This document shows, piece after piece, positions 61,496 through 64,000 of a DNA stretch of 64,000 nt. Under the pieces are notes generated by a model. It saw only the letters and a program-made list of their open reading frames with translations. It searched no databases and was not told the origin of the DNA. A program made the translations under genes and the position numbers. Each line of letters starts with the position of its first letter. The stretch's first letter is position 1. This stretch comes from Planctomycetota bacterium (GTDB lineage: Bacteria > Planctomycetota > B15-G4), in NCBI GenBank assembly GCA_029259715.1, contig JAJDEP010000014.1:259551-323550 (forward strand), written 5' to 3'.

Positions 61496-62542
61496 CTAGC
61501 CGGGCAGCAGCCCGTGGGAACGCATCCACGCCACCGTCTCGGCCAGGCCCTCGGCCAGGGGCCGCGCCCTGTAGGCGAAGTCCTTGGCCGCGAAGTCCGA
61601 GCTGTAGGCCCAGCTGTGGCTGTCCATGGCGAAGCGCTCGGGGCTGCGCGGGTCGCCGCTGCCCAGCAGCTTGCCCAGCAGGCCGCCGCGCGGCTTCACG
61701 TGACCGGGCGCCGCCACTCCGGCCAGCGCGCCGAACTTCGAGAACAGCTCGTTCACCGTGACGTTCTCGCCGCCGAGGAAGTAGTGCCAGTGCAGGAAGC
61801 CCGGCGGCGGCCAGGTGCCCGAATCGTCGCCCGACTCCATGGCGGCCACGTGCCCGGCGGCCACGTCCGCCACATGGACGAGGTTCCAGATCTGCTCACC
61901 GTCCCCGGGGATGCCCGGGTAACGCCCCGCGGCGTGATCGGCCAACATGCGCAGGATGCGATTGCCCGGGCGCAGGTCGTCGACGCCGGAGACCGCGGCG
62001 AGCTCGGGTCCGTACATCATCGTCGGCATCAGCGCGAGCACCGGCTCGGAGGTGGAGACGTGCTGGTTGACCGCGTTCTCGCCGTCGTACTTGCTCTCCT
62101 CGTGAGCGTCGTGCATGTCGCTCGGATCGTGGGTCCAGTACTCGTCGGCCACCTGGTCGGGGGCGCTGCGGGGCAGGCCCGTGCGTCCCACGGCGAAGTA
62201 GCTCGAGGTGCAGACCACTCGCTCGACGTCCCGCTCGTGGGCGAGGGCCAGCAGCGTCTCCACCGCCTGGTGGTTGACGGCGTCGTAGGCGTCGCGCGAG
62301 AGCCCGTCGCGCACCTCGGCAGCGCCGTGGAACACGCGCGTGATGCCGTCGAGGGCCGCGGCCACGTCCTCGCGTCGCGTCACATCGCCGCGCACCACCT
62401 CGACGTCGCCGCCGTCCTGCAGTCCGTCGATGTCGCTGGACGGGCGGGCCAGGATGCGCAACGCATTGCCGCGTTGCTTGAGGGCCGCGACGAGGTGTCG
62501 GCCCAGGTAGCCCGTTCCGCCCGTGACGAGGATGCGTCCCAT
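61496..62542 (-). CDS. NAD-dependent epimerase/dehydratase (HpnA/DFR-like extended SDR)
   Basis: ILVTGGTGYLG, GDV, HGAA, TSS, MYGP, VHVADVAAGH; YxxxK position reads HEESK. Confidence 0.88.
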   Translation of the reverse strand: MGRILVTGGTGYLGRHLVAALKQRGNALRILARPSSDIDGLQDGGDVEVVRGDVTRREDVAAALDGITRVFHGAAEVRDGLSRDAYDAVNHQAVETLLALAHERDVERVVCTSSYFAVGRTGLPRSAPDQVADEYWTHDPSDMHDAHEESKYDGENAVNQHVSTSEPVLALMPTMMYGPELAAVSGVDDLRPGNRILRMLADHAAGRYPGIPGDGEQIWNLVHVADVAAGHVAAMESGDDSGTWPPPGFLHWHYFLGGENVTVNELFSKFGALAGVAAPGHVKPRGGLLGKLLGSGDPRSPERFAMDSHSWAYSSDFAAKDFAYRARPLAEGLAETVAWMRSHGLLPG

Positions 62543-62552
62543 GTCCGGCCCG

Positions 62553-64000
62553 TCAGCTGTCGCTGAACCGGATGGCGGAACCGTCCATCTCGGTCTTCGT
62601 CGGATCGATGCCGTACCTCAAGAGCACCGTAGGAGCCACGTCCTCGAGGCCGGCGCGACGCGTCTCGCTCTGGCGCTTGGACGTGAACAGAACGCCCTGC
62701 ACGTGGGACGGGTCCACCGACACGTGGTCGCCCGACCAGTGCCCTTCGTTGTCGGTGACGGCGGCCTTGGCCAGGTCGCCCATGGTGTTGCTGCCCGCCA
62801 CCCGGTGGTACGGCGTGTAGCCCATGAACAGGTCGGCGAAGCCGGCGTTCTCGTAGGGCACGTCGCGCCCGCTCTCGCGGCGCATGAGCGTGCCTTCACG
62901 CCACCACGGCCCGTCGAACAGCTCGTCGCGGCGTGAGCACGAGGTCACCAGCTTGACCCCGTTCTCGTCGGTCACCTCGAGCAGGTCGGCGCGGATGGCC
63001 TCGATCACGGCGTCGTAGTCGTCCGGCTCGACGAACCCGTCGGGCTCGCGGCCCTTCAGGTTGATGAAGACCTTGCCGAGCCCCATGGAGTAGGCCTGGG
63101 TCTGCGTCCAGTCGACGTAGTTGAGCAGGTTGGTGGGCTCACCCGACGCCAGGTACTCCTCGACGGTGTCGGCGCCCTTGAGCTTCAGGTAGCCGAGGTC
63201 GGCCAGCAGGTTGTTCAGGTTGATCGAGCGGCGCCACGACGTGAACCCGTGGTCGGAGATGATCATCAGCAGGGGATCGTTCCCGAGGGCGCCCGACTCC
63301 ATCGTGTCGAGCACCGTGCCCACCAGCCGGTCCGCCTCCTTGTAGATGTGCTGGATCGCCTCGCTGAGCGGGAAGGTCTCACCGAACATCTCGACCTGCG
63401 TCTCGTGGTAGCCGGGCTTGTGCCCGGGGTGGTCCGGGTTGCGCAGCGGGTGTTCGGGGTCGAACTCGCGGAAGAGCATGTGCGCCACGCGGTCGGTGTC
63501 GCCCCACACCTGGTAGTACACGTCCCACTCGTCGGGCGACTCCAGGCTCTTGGCCAGGATCTTGCCGCGCCAGCTGCAGTTCTCCTCGGTGTCGTCGAGG
63601 AACGACTGGGCCGAGAACTCGGTGTCCTCGATGTCTTTCAGCGGGTTGGCCATGCAGCCCCAGCCGAGGGTCTCGAAGGGCTGACCGATCATCGCGGCCA
63701 GGCGCGGCGCGAAGTCGGGCGGCGAGCTGATGGGCAGCCACTCGGGCGGCTCGCGCGGATCGATGCAGATGGGCGGCGTGAAGATGTGCACCACCTCGTC
63801 GTCGCAGCGGATGACGTGGAAGCGCACCAGGCCGTGGGCGGTGAACTTGCCGCCGAGGCCGAAGTCGACGTCGAGGTAGTCGGTCCAGCCGCCCACCGGC
63901 ACGGTCTCCGAACGCCCCTGCACCACGAAGGTGACCGTCCCTGCCGACGGGTCTGAACGCATCGTCACCGGGACGGTGACCTTCTCGCCGCGCCCCTTCC
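62553..64000 (-). CDS. Alkaline phosphatase superfamily / type I phosphodiesterase protein (5' end outside the window)
   Basis: TDRVAHM, IISDHGF, VDWTQTQAYSMGLG.VFINLKGREPDG, WSGDH, DVAPTVL. Confidence 0.85.
   Translation of the reverse strand, partial: KGRGEKVTVPVTMRSDPSAGTVTFVVQGRSETVPVGGWTDYLDVDFGLGGKFTAHGLVRFHVIRCDDEVVHIFTPPICIDPREPPEWLPISSPPDFAPRLAAMIGQPFETLGWGCMANPLKDIEDTEFSAQSFLDDTEENCSWRGKILAKSLESPDEWDVYYQVWGDTDRVAHMLFREFDPEHPLRNPDHPGHKPGYHETQVEMFGETFPLSEAIQHIYKEADRLVGTVLDTMESGALGNDPLLMIISDHGFTSWRRSINLNNLLADLGYLKLKGADTVEEYLASGEPTNLLNYVDWTQTQAYSMGLGKVFINLKGREPDGFVEPDDYDAVIEAIRADLLEVTDENGVKLVTSCSRRDELFDGPWWREGTLMRRESGRDVPYENAGFADLFMGYTPYHRVAGSNTMGDLAKAAVTDNEGHWSGDHVSVDPSHVQGVLFTSKRQSETRRAGLEDVAPTVLLRYGIDPTKTEMDGSAIRFSDS

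Overview
High-GC (roughly 70% by eye), gene-dense bacterial chromosomal segment, probably from a Planctomycetota lineage (inference from the ECF-kinase pair, several Ser/Thr kinases, DUF6677 and secreted FG-GAP proteins). About 52 CDS: housekeeping genes (purH, prfB with +1 frameshift, split coaB/coaC, xth, rsmD, RluB-like synthase, folC-like, aroB, dprA, glnE, LPS core genes), a MacAB-type ABC exporter, signalling proteins and secreted beta-propeller proteins. I recognised no rRNA, tRNA, CRISPR array or mobile element. Main highlights: (1) an AhpD/CMD-family gene that the ORF track splits in two is really one reading frame with an in-frame TGA in a CxxU motif followed by a SECIS-like hairpin, i.e. 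a probable selenoprotein; (2) three unlinked secreted proteins share a ~120-aa C-terminal domain, a candidate sorting or anchoring signal; (3) many genes have a TAnnnT -10 box only 6-8 nt before the start codon (leaderless mRNAs), including a 23-bp bidirectional promoter linking a FolC-like gamma-glutamyl ligase and a C26 gamma-glutamyl hydrolase; (4) several full-length enzymes lack their catalytic residues. All family assignments come from motif recognition, not database searches.
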